The notes: generated by a model from the letters alone, not told the origin. A DNA stretch of 64,000 bases from Spirochaetia bacterium (GCA_963666985.2 CAXXIA010000001.1:1120001-1184000), one strand, 5' to 3'. Counted from the stretch's first letter, positions 1 to 8,444 are shown. Numbers and translations are program-made.

Positions 1-288
1 GCAGGACCGGGAATCGGAACCTGCTGCTTCAACGTCGGCGAAGATGTCGCCGCGATGTTTCTCAAGAAACACGCCTTGGCTTCCGCCGTGTCGCAGGATA
101 CCTCGGGAATATTCAGAATCGATTTGGAACAAGCGAATCTAAATATGCTGAAAACGGCGGGACTGCGGGAAAATCAGCTGGGACGAGGCGGCTTCTGCAC
201 CGCCTGCAGGCCGGACGAATTCTTTTCCTACAGAAAAGAAAACGGAAAAACCGGCAGGCATGCGGCTTTGATGATGCTTAAAGGATGA
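1..288 (+). CDS. pgeF: Polyphenol oxidase/laccase-domain purine nucleoside phosphorylase (YfiH/PgeF family), 5'-truncated by window edge
   Basis: Frame is open from base 1: AGPGIGTCCFNVGEDV...IDL...GFCTACRPDEFFSYRKENGKTGR. These are the GPxIxxCC and CT.C...FFSYR...GR motifs of YfiH/PgeF. Confidence 0.85.
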   Translation, partial: AGPGIGTCCFNVGEDVAAMFLKKHALASAVSQDTSGIFRIDLEQANLNMLKTAGLRENQLGRGGFCTACRPDEFFSYRKENGKTGRHAALMMLKG

Positions 289-298
289 AACGAATCCG

Positions 299-2257
299 CT
301 ATTTGGAACCGAAAAGACGGGAGAAGAATCCCTTTTTCTCTTCCTTCAAAGGTTCCATTTTCTTCCCGGCGGGGGGCGGAGATGATTGCCTTCGGGCGTT
401 ATTTACGTCTTTGGGCTGATCGTTGCTCTTCCGTGTTTCTTTCTTCTTGCCGATTTTAGGGGCAGGGGCGACTTTTTTTCCGCCTTTTTTCCCGCCTGAT
501 TTTCCGGAGGAAGAAGCGGATGATTCGCTGAGCTTGAAATCCTCGCCATATTTTTTGCGGTAATATTCAAGCCGTTCGTCAATACTGCTGTCCGAACTTA
601 CCCGCTCGTCGCTGAAAGACCGGCTGTTTTTGCTTCCGGAGACCCGAGCCGCCGTGCTTTTTGCCGCATTCGGATATTTGCCTTCGGCTCCTTTCGGCTT
701 TTCCGGTCCGGAAACATCTTTTCGAGATTTATCGGTGCGCGTTTTGCGGTTTCCGGTTTTTCCTGTTTGGGGGGGCTGCCGCTTCTTCTTACCCTTGGCC
801 CCTTTAACCTCGTCTGCGAATCCGTCAAGATCGCCGCCGGCTATCGAGGAAACGACGGACTGAATATGAGCGGATCTCGGATCCAAAGGTTTCTTGCCGC
901 CCGAGGGACCGTTTCCGCTTTTATGAGCCTGCCCCCCCGGGACGGTGCTTCTTCGCGTGTTGGGATTCCGTTCGTCGCGTCTTGCCTTCCCTTTATCCCG
1001 GCCGTCATTGCGCCCTCCGCCGGAAGGATATCTTGAAGAGCCGGACCGGCCGTCCTTGCGGTCACTTCCGAGTTCTCGATAACGGTCCTGAGGAGGGAAT
1101 CGCATCCCATCGCTTTTATCCGCAATAAGAAGATTTTCATCGGCCCAGCTGACGGGGATTTTCTCGCCGAGCAGCTTCTCGATGGGCCCCAGTCCGTAAA
1201 CATATTCCTCGCAGGCGAGAGTAACGGTTTTGCCTTCCGCTCCGGCTCTGGCCGTCCTGCCGATTCGATGCACATAGCTTTCCGCTTCCAAAGGAACGTC
1301 ATAATTAATGACCATCTGCAAATCGTCGATATGCAGTCCTCGGGCGGCAACGTCGGTTGCGACCAGAAATTTATGATCCCCCTTCTTTACCTCATCGACA
1401 ATCTTCAGCCGTTTCGATTGAGGAAGATCGCCCATGAGGAATTCAACGGCGTATCCGTTAACCTCCATCCGCTTGGCGACTTCCCAAGCACTGTGCCGGG
1501 TATTGGTGAAAATGACGGCATTTTCGGGATTGTCCCTGTTTAGGATTCCGAGAAGAAGCTTCATCTTCTCATCTTTCCCGACGTGATAGAGTTCCTGGGT
1601 AACGGTATCCACGGTAACCTTTTCCGGTTCGATAATCACTTCACCGGGATCGTTCATGTATTCCCATGCAAGATTTCCCACGCGAGCGTTCATCGTCGCG
1701 CTGAAAAGCATGGTATGCCGTTCGTTGTAGGAACGCATGCCTTTAAGAATTTTACGAAGGTCGGGAAGGAATCCCATGTCGAACAGCCTGTCGGCTTCAT
1801 CGATGACAAGAAATCCGAAATCCTTAAAATTAAGCTTGCGCTGTTTGTTGAAGTCGATCAGCCGGCCCGGAGTACCGATGAGGACATCGATCCCCTGTTC
1901 GAGCATCCGCTCCTGTCCGCCGTAGCCGACACCGCCGAAAACCGAACCGATTTTAAAATCGAGGTATTTCCCCAATTTTTTTCCTTCCCGTTCGATCTGC
2001 ACCGCCAGCTCTCTGGTGGGGACAATAACAAGGGCTTTTTCGTTCTTGTATTTCTCTTCGGCGATTTTCAGCTGATAAATCCCCAAAAGAAAAGCCGCCG
2101 TTTTCCCCGTTCCCGTCTGTGATTGGGCGTAAATGTCTCGATGTTCCTTGATTAGAAGTTCGAAACACTGGGCCTGTACGGGCATAGGTGTTTCGAAACC
2201 GGCTTCGTCGATCCCTTTTCGAATTCTTTCATCGAATCCGAAGTCTTCGAAAGTCAT
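299..2257 (-). CDS. DEAD-box ATP-dependent RNA helicase (RhlB/RhlE-like) with long basic disordered C-terminal tail
   Basis: Q-motif GFETPMPVQ, QTGTGKT, PTRELA, TPGRL, DEAD, SAT, ARGLHI, HRIGRTAR; followed by about 270 aa of K/G/S/R-rich tail. Confidence 0.95.
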   Translation of the reverse strand: MTFEDFGFDERIRKGIDEAGFETPMPVQAQCFELLIKEHRDIYAQSQTGTGKTAAFLLGIYQLKIAEEKYKNEKALVIVPTRELAVQIEREGKKLGKYLDFKIGSVFGGVGYGGQERMLEQGIDVLIGTPGRLIDFNKQRKLNFKDFGFLVIDEADRLFDMGFLPDLRKILKGMRSYNERHTMLFSATMNARVGNLAWEYMNDPGEVIIEPEKVTVDTVTQELYHVGKDEKMKLLLGILNRDNPENAVIFTNTRHSAWEVAKRMEVNGYAVEFLMGDLPQSKRLKIVDEVKKGDHKFLVATDVAARGLHIDDLQMVINYDVPLEAESYVHRIGRTARAGAEGKTVTLACEEYVYGLGPIEKLLGEKIPVSWADENLLIADKSDGMRFPPQDRYRELGSDRKDGRSGSSRYPSGGGRNDGRDKGKARRDERNPNTRRSTVPGGQAHKSGNGPSGGKKPLDPRSAHIQSVVSSIAGGDLDGFADEVKGAKGKKKRQPPQTGKTGNRKTRTDKSRKDVSGPEKPKGAEGKYPNAAKSTAARVSGSKNSRSFSDERVSSDSSIDERLEYYRKKYGEDFKLSESSASSSGKSGGKKGGKKVAPAPKIGKKKETRKSNDQPKDVNNARRQSSPPPAGKKMEPLKEEKKGFFSRLFGSK

Positions 2258-2452
2258 TATGTGATATCTGTCCTTGGTCTTAGAAACCTTCTGCGGTTCC
2301 TGGAATATTTCTGCGCTTTCCGGGCATTCATCCTGCTGGAATCGGACGCGATGCTTAACCGGTTGACTCCGGGATGCCGATATTCAAGATCGGATTCCTG
2401 CACCGCGCGGACCGAATATGTCTCTTCAGGCCCGATAGTTCACTCTCTTTTA

Positions 2453-2481
2453 AGTATATACTTTTGATTAACTATTGTCGA
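2453..2481 (-). promoter_or_regulatory. Putative sigma70 promoter of the helicase gene
   Basis: Minus strand TCGACA-17 bp-TATACT, about 195 nt upstream of the ATG at 2257. Confidence 0.55.
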
Positions 2482-2503
2482 TAGATAGGAATAGAGAACT
2501 ATT

Positions 2504-4573
2504 GTGATCAAGGATTTCCCCGTGCGCCAAAATAAAGCTTTTTTACTCCTCATGCTCCTCTTTTCCTCCCTCCCCGCTTCCTGGGCTCTCGAATGGTCGG
2601 CGGCTCCCGCCGCTTCTTCGCAAACGCTTCAAACGGCACGGGATTCCGAATTCTTCCCGATTCAATCCGATACGGATCTGACCGATCTTCTTGTTGATGA
2701 TGACGGCTGGTTCTGGCTGAAAACCTCCGTGAAAACCGCAGAGACCGGTATGCTCTTAATCGAAGGTCCCAGACTTAAGTGGGAAGCATGGTGGAATGAA
2801 AGGAAAATTGCCGAGTCCGGCGCCGCTCCCCCATCGTGGCGCCCTTCCTCTCCGGTGCCGGTTCTTGCTGCGTTACCGAAGGACTCGCTCCCGAACGGGA
2901 CTCTTTTTATCAAAACTTATGTTCGTGAAGGATTTGATTCACCGCCCGGGAATGTTTTTATCGGGAGCGAAAAACAACTGAAGAGGATTCAGATGTTCCG
3001 AATCGCGGAGAAACTTTTCCTGCCGGGACTGCTCATTCTTCTCGGACTCATTCTTTTTATCAGCCGATTAATCGGATACGCATCAAACCGATCCGTTCGG
3101 GATCTTATCCATTCTTTTTTCGGTTTAGGCATGGTCCTTTTTTCACTGGAACCTGTTCTTGCCTTTTTTCCCACTCTTTCTTTATCCATCCCCTGGTTTG
3201 TCCTTATGGTTCTGGCAAAAGCTCTAAAACCGTTCCTTATCAGTCTCTGGAGACGCTGCATTTCCAATTCCGGAGGGAAAGGATCGGCCGTAATCGGTAT
3301 TCTCGATTTGATTATCGCGACTCTTCTGACGGCATGGACAGCCGTTATCATGATCGACAAAACCTTCATTCCCGAACCGCTGCGCTCTTGGACGAATTTC
3401 GACGTTCTCTTTCCGTATATCGCTCTCTCAATAGTCCTCGCCGTACTTTCGTGGATGGGGGGGGTGATACGAAAGAAATCGGGGCGCATCGGTGCACTGC
3501 TCATACTTCTTGCGGGAATCGCACCTCCGGCCGTGTTCTTTGCACTCGGTTCGGAAATCCCGAATGCGGCGGTCCGATTTATCGAATACGGCCTGCCTCT
3601 TTCGCTCATAATCTGTTTTCTTATCGGAGCCGATCGAACAGACAGAAAAAGAGCGGAAACGGACAGCAGCGCACCCGACGCCGTACCAGAATCGGAAAAT
3701 GAACTTTTTTTCAACAGCGAAGATGACGATGTCGGTGAACTGGAATCTTATGATGAATCGGAGATTGATCTTCCGAAGCTTGAACCGGATGAAAGGTCCG
3801 TTCCCCCGGAAGCGGCGCTTCAAGTTTTACAGAAAGATGAAAATCCTCTGATAAAAGGCTTAAGAGCGCATCTTTCTCCCGATTCCATTCCCTGGGATGC
3901 TTCGTGGGACTTGGCATCCACAAGGCGCGGGACCAAATATCCGGCAACGGGATTTTATGATGTTTATCCCATGGAAGGCGGACTGGAGGGATTTTCATTC
4001 ATGGATACCGGAACTTCCGATCTGGATGCGATGATGTACGCCCAAGTCGTTCGCAGCGAACTTCTCAGGAGATATCCCTCTTCACGCTCCCTTTCCGCTC
4101 TTGCCAGAACCGTTAATCGAAAAACTCTTGAACTGGCCGCGGCGAGCGGAAAACACATGTCCGGGATGATCGGATCTTTTGATAAAAACGGTATACGCAT
4201 CCTTCCTCTTTCCCTCCCTCCTCTTTTACTCAAAAAAGCGGCCGAGAATAAAATCATTACACTTCAGCCGGTTATGGGAAAAACGTCCAATGCTCCTTTG
4301 GGAGTTAAGGGTTTCGGAGAAAAGGGACTGAGAACCTTAAGGATTTCCATGAAAAAGGACGATGCGTTGGTTCTGTATTCACCGACACTCACGGATGTAC
4401 GTTCTCCTTCGAACGAACCGTGGGGAATGAAAAGACTTGCCGCCGTTCTCAAATCATCCGATTCCATGAAAGCCGACGGCATGATTGAAGATATCGTGGA
4501 ATCGGTTAAGGATTTTGCCGGATCCGATACAATCGGGGTTCCGCTCCAGATTTTGATAATCAAACGACGCTGA
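2504..4573 (+). CDS. Membrane protein: signal peptide, extracellular beta domain, about 7 TM helices, acidic linker and degenerate SpoIIE/PP2C-like domain
   Basis: Hydrophobic segments at about aa 170-375. The C-terminal part follows the SpoIIE layout (GFYDVY..., PLG, ...DALVLYS...SPSNEPWGMKRL...IVESVKDFAG) but lacks the metal-binding Asp motifs. Confidence 0.65.
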   Translation: MIKDFPVRQNKAFLLLMLLFSSLPASWALEWSAAPAASSQTLQTARDSEFFPIQSDTDLTDLLVDDDGWFWLKTSVKTAETGMLLIEGPRLKWEAWWNERKIAESGAAPPSWRPSSPVPVLAALPKDSLPNGTLFIKTYVREGFDSPPGNVFIGSEKQLKRIQMFRIAEKLFLPGLLILLGLILFISRLIGYASNRSVRDLIHSFFGLGMVLFSLEPVLAFFPTLSLSIPWFVLMVLAKALKPFLISLWRRCISNSGGKGSAVIGILDLIIATLLTAWTAVIMIDKTFIPEPLRSWTNFDVLFPYIALSIVLAVLSWMGGVIRKKSGRIGALLILLAGIAPPAVFFALGSEIPNAAVRFIEYGLPLSLIICFLIGADRTDRKRAETDSSAPDAVPESENELFFNSEDDDVGELESYDESEIDLPKLEPDERSVPPEAALQVLQKDENPLIKGLRAHLSPDSIPWDASWDLASTRRGTKYPATGFYDVYPMEGGLEGFSFMDTGTSDLDAMMYAQVVRSELLRRYPSSRSLSALARTVNRKTLELAAASGKHMSGMIGSFDKNGIRILPLSLPPLLLKKAAENKIITLQPVMGKTSNAPLGVKGFGEKGLRTLRISMKKDDALVLYSPTLTDVRSPSNEPWGMKRLAAVLKSSDSMKADGMIEDIVESVKDFAGSDTIGVPLQILIIKRR

Positions 4574-4754
4574 GGCGAATCATTTAGGAATCAGCACGGT
4601 TTAAAGTCTCTTTGAATGGAATTTTAAAAGAATCCCAACTGCTGAATATTGCCGTGACCGAGATGAAAAATGAAAGGTTCGGGGACTCTTAAAGAGGCGG
4701 AGGAATCGGCAGCCGCTGGGTTGGCGGTGCAAACCTGAAAAAAATCAGGGCATG

Positions 4755-4791
4755 AAAAAACGGTCCCGCCGTAACGGCAGACCGCTTTTTT
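4755..4791. terminator. Bidirectional intrinsic terminator between convergent genes
   Basis: AAAAAA-CGGTC.GCCG-taa-CGGC.GACCG-cTTTTTT: GC stem with A and T tracts on either side. Confidence 0.6.
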
Positions 4792-4832
4792 ACGCTACGT
4801 TCCAGCCTCCCGGAAAAAAATCAAGACACACA

Positions 4833-4900
4833 AGGCTCTTTTAAAAATGCCGCTTGCCGAATCGTATTCCGATTCCGCAAGCTTACTTCAAAAAGAGCCT
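4833..4900. repeat. 68-bp palindromic mini-element (MITE/REP-like)
   Basis: Perfect 10-bp terminal IR AGGCTCTTTT/AAAAGAGCCT, inner stem GCTTGCcGAATCG/CGATTCcGCAAGC, flanked by CACA on both sides (4829-4832, 4901-4904). Confidence 0.5.
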
Positions 4901-4907
4901 CACAGAA

Positions 4908-4997
4908 TTATTTATTCTTATGTCTGTTCTTTCTGAGCTTTTTCTTTCTTTTGTGGGTGGCGATCTTCTTTCTTTTACGCTTGCGTCCGCAGGGCAC
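4908..4997 (-). CDS. 30S ribosomal protein bS22-like (AURKAIP1/COX24 domain) 29-aa basic protein; absent from the supplied ORF track
   Basis: GTG start preceded by AGGAG; translates to MPCGRKRKRKKIATHKRKKKLRKNRHKNK*. This matches the MPxGxKRKRxKxATHKRKKxxRxNRHK pattern of the family. Confidence 0.9.
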   Translation of the reverse strand: MPCGRKRKRKKIATHKRKKKLRKNRHKNK

Positions 4998-5081
4998 TGG
5001 GAAGTCTCCTCATACAATATCTAATGCTGTTTCGTTGAATACTCCGTAATGGTCGAAGCCTTAGTCGAAAAGCGTCTATGG

Positions 5082-5110
5082 ATTATGACCATGTAGAACA
5101 CCTTGGTCAA
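5082..5110 (-). promoter_or_regulatory. Putative sigma70 promoter for the bS22-like gene
   Basis: Minus strand TTGACC-17 bp-CATAAT just downstream of the miaA stop. Confidence 0.6.
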
Positions 5111-5117
5111 GGGAGGT

Positions 5118-6071
5118 TCATGTTATTCCATTCTTAGTGAGGAATTCCGATACCGTCTCGGCGATTCCCTGCGGAGCATACGGATCGTCCGACGCATCAA
5201 ACCACCTGACGTTCGGAAGCGAGGCGAAAAAAGTCATCTGACGTTTTGCGTATCTGCGTGTGTTGCGAATAATGAGTTCTCGAACTTCCTTTACGGAAGG
5301 TTCGGACTCACCGTCGGAACAAAACCATTCTCTGTAGCCGATGGCCTTCATCCCCGGATAATCCGATCGGGCTCCATGGGCCCGAAGATCCGCGACCTCT
5401 TGGGCCAGCCCCAACTTCAGCATCTGATCCACCCGTTCTTCGATTCGTCGGTTGAGTTCTTCACGATCCCGCTTTAATCCGAGAAGCAAGACCGTGTAAT
5501 CGTTTCGGGGAACATCGGGTACGGGAAAGTCCGACAGAGGTCTGCCCGTCTGTTCATGGACTTCCAAAGCCCGAAGCAGCCTGTATCGGTCTTGAGCCCC
5601 TATTCTTCCGGCGGCGACAGGATCGATCGCCTCCAGGGCGAATCTGATTTCATCATTGCCCGAATCGCGCCATTTTCGTTCGACCGCTTCCCGTACGGCG
5701 GGATCGGCCGGCGGAGTGGCGGGCAGCCCCATGAGCCAGCCCTTTAAATAATAAGCGGTTCCACCGGAAATAATCGGAAGCTTTCCCCGTGATAAAACAT
5801 CCGAAACACACAAATCCGCCAAACGCCTGTATTCGCCGATATTGAACGGCTCGGTGTATTCGAGGATATCTATAAGATGGTGCGGAATTTCGGAAAGAAT
5901 TGAAGGTTCCGGTTTAGCGGTTCCTATATCCAGGCCTCGATAAACCTGAAGAGCGTCGGCGCTGATAACTTCCGCCGAACCCGCGAATAACGTGTTGAGC
6001 AATAAAGTTTTCCCAACGCCGGTCGGTCCGAAGAGAAGAATAACGCGGGGCTTGTCAGTCCTGCTTGATAT
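5118..6071 (-). CDS. miaA: tRNA (adenosine(37)-N6)-dimethylallyltransferase; start probably ATA at 6071
   Basis: GPTGVGKT P-loop (upstream of the track's TTG at 6002), ISADALQVYRGLDIGTAKP, PHHL, GGTAYY, RLLRALEV, AIGY, TRRYAKRQMTFF. Confidence 0.93.
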   Translation of the reverse strand: MSSRTDKPRVILLFGPTGVGKTLLLNTLFAGSAEVISADALQVYRGLDIGTAKPEPSILSEIPHHLIDILEYTEPFNIGEYRRLADLCVSDVLSRGKLPIISGGTAYYLKGWLMGLPATPPADPAVREAVERKWRDSGNDEIRFALEAIDPVAAGRIGAQDRYRLLRALEVHEQTGRPLSDFPVPDVPRNDYTVLLLGLKRDREELNRRIEERVDQMLKLGLAQEVADLRAHGARSDYPGMKAIGYREWFCSDGESEPSVKEVRELIIRNTRRYAKRQMTFFASLPNVRWFDASDDPYAPQGIAETVSEFLTKNGIT

Positions 6072-6264
6072 TGTACTGCACCTCTTCGGTTACGATTTCC
6101 TTAATGGCCATCGAAACGATTTTACCGCCGGACGACTCAAGATCCGTCGGACCGGCCATGCTGATCTGCTTCGCACGGTGAATGGCGGCATTGGTGAGTT
6201 CGTACATATTCTTATCTGTTGAAACCAATTCTCCCAAGGGGATATTGGATGGAATGTTTGTCAT
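6055..6264 (-). CDS. rpoZ: DNA-directed RNA polymerase subunit omega
   Basis: 69 aa from ATG 6264 (GAGGG RBS): ...NMYELTNAAIHRAKQI...KIVSMAIKEI, the omega Y-L...RA-Q...K-V--A--EI pattern. Lies directly upstream of miaA. Confidence 0.85.
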   Translation of the reverse strand: MTNIPSNIPLGELVSTDKNMYELTNAAIHRAKQISMAGPTDLESSGGKIVSMAIKEIVTEEVQYNIKQD

Positions 6265-6294
6265 TTGTTCCCTCAATTTCTTCTGAGTGAAAAC

Positions 6295-6323
6295 ATTATA
6301 GCAAAACGGCCTTGATGAGTCCA
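6295..6323 (-). promoter_or_regulatory. Putative promoter of rpoZ-miaA
   Basis: Minus strand TGGACT-17 bp-TATAAT with extended -10 (TGcTATAAT). Confidence 0.6.
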
Positions 6324-6494
6324 GAGATCTGTAATTTCGGACGTTGGGCCTTGTCCGGGCAAAGGCGCTTGCCGCTTTGATGAGTCCAAAAATCCGCACG
6401 TTCGGACGTACCGAGCGATAAGGTTCAATAAGCCGCTCGGCCGTCAAATCAGGCCGAACGGGAATAATCGATTTATTACTGTCTTTCTTGTTTC

Positions 6495-6604
6495 AAGGTG
6501 ATTCCAAAAATCGGCGATTTTTGAAACAAAGCCCTTCTCAAGCGAGTTCCGAGGGATTTCGGCCATCGGATTCAAGCAATTTCATGAATTTATGAACTTG
6601 CCTC
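6495..6604. mobile_element. About 110-bp MITE-like dispersed repeat, copy 1
   Basis: About 75% identical (manual alignment) to the reverse complement of 53538-53646; both ends carry internal palindromes. Confidence 0.65.
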
Positions 6605-7121
6605 ATTTCAGAACAGGAATTACGGGGACCCAAGTTTTCGGATTGCCGTAATTTAATCCTCCGGGAAGTTCGGAAGGACTTACGGGCAGCCAAACTTGAT
6701 TCCGGCCGAAAGGTCCGATTTTTCCACGAACTATAAGTTTGCCGTTCTCCAGCCATATCTCGCTGGCATATATTTTCCCTTCTTCAGGATCGCAGATATT
6801 GCCCTTTTTCCATTTGTCTCCCCGATCCTCCATTTCCCAGATGAAATCCATGCCGACGTATGAGGGGTTCCCGACCCATTTGTCCGCAATATCTCCTACC
6901 GTTCCCCCCATGTATTCTTTCATCACGCCGTCGTCGAACGTTACGACCAGCCGGCCGTAAAGCTCGCCGCGATACTCATAAATATAAACGAACATTGTTG
7001 TTTCGCCGGTATTCTCATCAATGCCTTTCCACAGTCCGGTAACATCATCCGCGGCCATGGCTCCGACGCATACGGTCAAAACAAGGACGGCGGCAATCGC
7101 GATTGTACGAATACTCTGCAT
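6603..7121 (-). CDS. DUF2147 domain-containing exported protein
   Basis: Signal peptide, then GLWK...GELYGRLV...VGMDFIW...WKKGNICDPEEGKIY...LIVRGKIGPFGRNQVW, the DUF2147 pattern. Confidence 0.85.
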   Translation of the reverse strand: MQSIRTIAIAAVLVLTVCVGAMAADDVTGLWKGIDENTGETTMFVYIYEYRGELYGRLVVTFDDGVMKEYMGGTVGDIADKWVGNPSYVGMDFIWEMEDRGDKWKKGNICDPEEGKIYASEIWLENGKLIVRGKIGPFGRNQVWLPVSPSELPGGLNYGNPKTWVPVIPVLK

Positions 7122-7345
7122 GCATATCTCCTTGAGAAATTATGAAGATCAGTATAAGACAAGAAAGATCATTCCCGCTACATTCGGAAATCAGCCGCTT
7201 TGATTTTTTTCTTTTCGCGAAGAGCGGACCGCTGATAAAAAAACCTTACGAACTAAAAAAACAAGCCGTTCGTTCTGTTGATCTGTTGAAGGCTTCGGGA
7301 TAAGCCACTGGCCTGATGGGAGGCTCCCGATTTATGCTTACGCTC

Positions 7346-8086
7346 ATGAACTTCAAAGGCAAGAAGGCGCTGGTTACCGGCGGAGGGCGGCGGATCGGGA
7401 AAGCCATTTCCCTGGCACTGGCTCACGCCGGCGCGGATGTCGCGATTCAATATTTCACCAGTGAAAAAGATGCCGAAGAAACGGCAAACGCGATCCGAGG
7501 CATGGGACGCCGATCCGAAACGACTCAAATGGATCTTTCCGATACTCCGTCCGTTGAGAAATGGTTCGATACTCTCGCGAAACGCTGGGAAGGCTTCGAC
7601 ATTCTCATAAACGGCGCTTCCGAATATTCCGAAGATAACTACGAGAATCTCACGGCGGAAGATCTGAATCGATCCATGGCCGTTCATGTGCTCTCGCCTC
7701 TGCGGATGATGAGGACCATGAAGGGGTTCGGCCGCGAGTCCTGTATCGTCAATATCCTTGATACGCGCGTGATCGACCGAGATCCCATCCATGCCTCCTA
7801 CCATCTTGGGAAGCGCGGTTTATTAACGCTGACAAAAGACATGGCGGCTCAATTGGCCCCCAAAATACGGGTGAACGCCGTGGCCCCCGGACTGATTCTC
7901 CCCCCCGAAGGGAAAAAGGAAGACTGGATTGAACGGCTGAAATCAACCAATCTCCTGGAAAGCCGCGGTACCCCGAACGAGGTTGCCGATGCCGTTCTCT
8001 ATCTGGCCGGAGCATCGTTCATTACCGGTCAGGTAATTTTCGTGGACGGCGGAAGACATTTGAAAGGAAGCCATTATGGAAATTGA
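7346..8086 (+). CDS. SDR family oxidoreductase, pteridine reductase/FolM-like
   Basis: ALVTGGGRRIG, LINGAS, YHLGK (YxxxK), RVNAVAPG, ITGQVIFVDGG; overlaps the downstream folB. Start taken at ATG 7346. Confidence 0.85.
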   Translation: MNFKGKKALVTGGGRRIGKAISLALAHAGADVAIQYFTSEKDAEETANAIRGMGRRSETTQMDLSDTPSVEKWFDTLAKRWEGFDILINGASEYSEDNYENLTAEDLNRSMAVHVLSPLRMMRTMKGFGRESCIVNILDTRVIDRDPIHASYHLGKRGLLTLTKDMAAQLAPKIRVNAVAPGLILPPEGKKEDWIERLKSTNLLESRGTPNEVADAVLYLAGASFITGQVIFVDGGRHLKGSHYGN

Positions 8087-8444
8087 AAAAAGAGACCGTA
8101 TCCGCATCAAGGATTTGCTGATAAGAACGGAAATCGGCGTTTATCCCGAAGAACGCGGAATCAAACAGGATCTCCTGCTGAACTTGACACTGTTCGCCGA
8201 CCAGCGTTCCGCTGCGGCCGCGGATGATTTTTCTCTGGCGGTAAATTACGAGGCCGTGAATCTCGCCGTTATTTCACTGGCGGAATCATCGTCTTTTTGG
8301 CTGATCGAATCCCTGGCGGCCGCCGTCGCGGACTTGCTGCTCTCGTTTCAAGGAGTTACGGCCTGCGAGGTTTCCGTGGACAAACCGGGAGTGCTGCGTT
8401 TCGCGCGAAGCGCGGCGGTGGAAATATACCGGGAAAAAGAATGA
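8076..8444 (+). CDS. folB: Dihydroneopterin aldolase/epimerase (FolB/FolX family)
   Basis: DRIRIKDL...IGVYPEER...Q...VNYE...LIESLA...VDKPG. Confidence 0.85.
   Translation: MEIEKRDRIRIKDLLIRTEIGVYPEERGIKQDLLLNLTLFADQRSAAAADDFSLAVNYEAVNLAVISLAESSSFWLIESLAAAVADLLLSFQGVTACEVSVDKPGVLRFARSAAVEIYREKE

Noticed and set aside
6050..6062. prfB-like +1 frameshift fusing RpoZ to MiaA at GAC-UGA-C
   Set aside because: miaA is in the +1 frame, but tRNA(Asp) on GAC cannot re-pair on ACU; the SD-preceded ATA start is simpler.
6312..6409. CRISPR array or hammerhead ribozyme (33-bp repeat/32-bp spacer; TGATGAGTCC...GGAC)
   Set aside because: Only two diverged units and no cas genes. The hammerhead core needs CUGANGA and GAAA, but here it is UUGAUGA and GGACGU.
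6265..6447. N-terminal extensions in the ORF track (rpoZ, ileS, aminopeptidase P, EEP nuclease, mvaS, ppdK-like, FmdB, 57706)
   Set aside because: Downstream starts have better RBS or promoter context and match family N-termini; the extensions run through promoter DNA.
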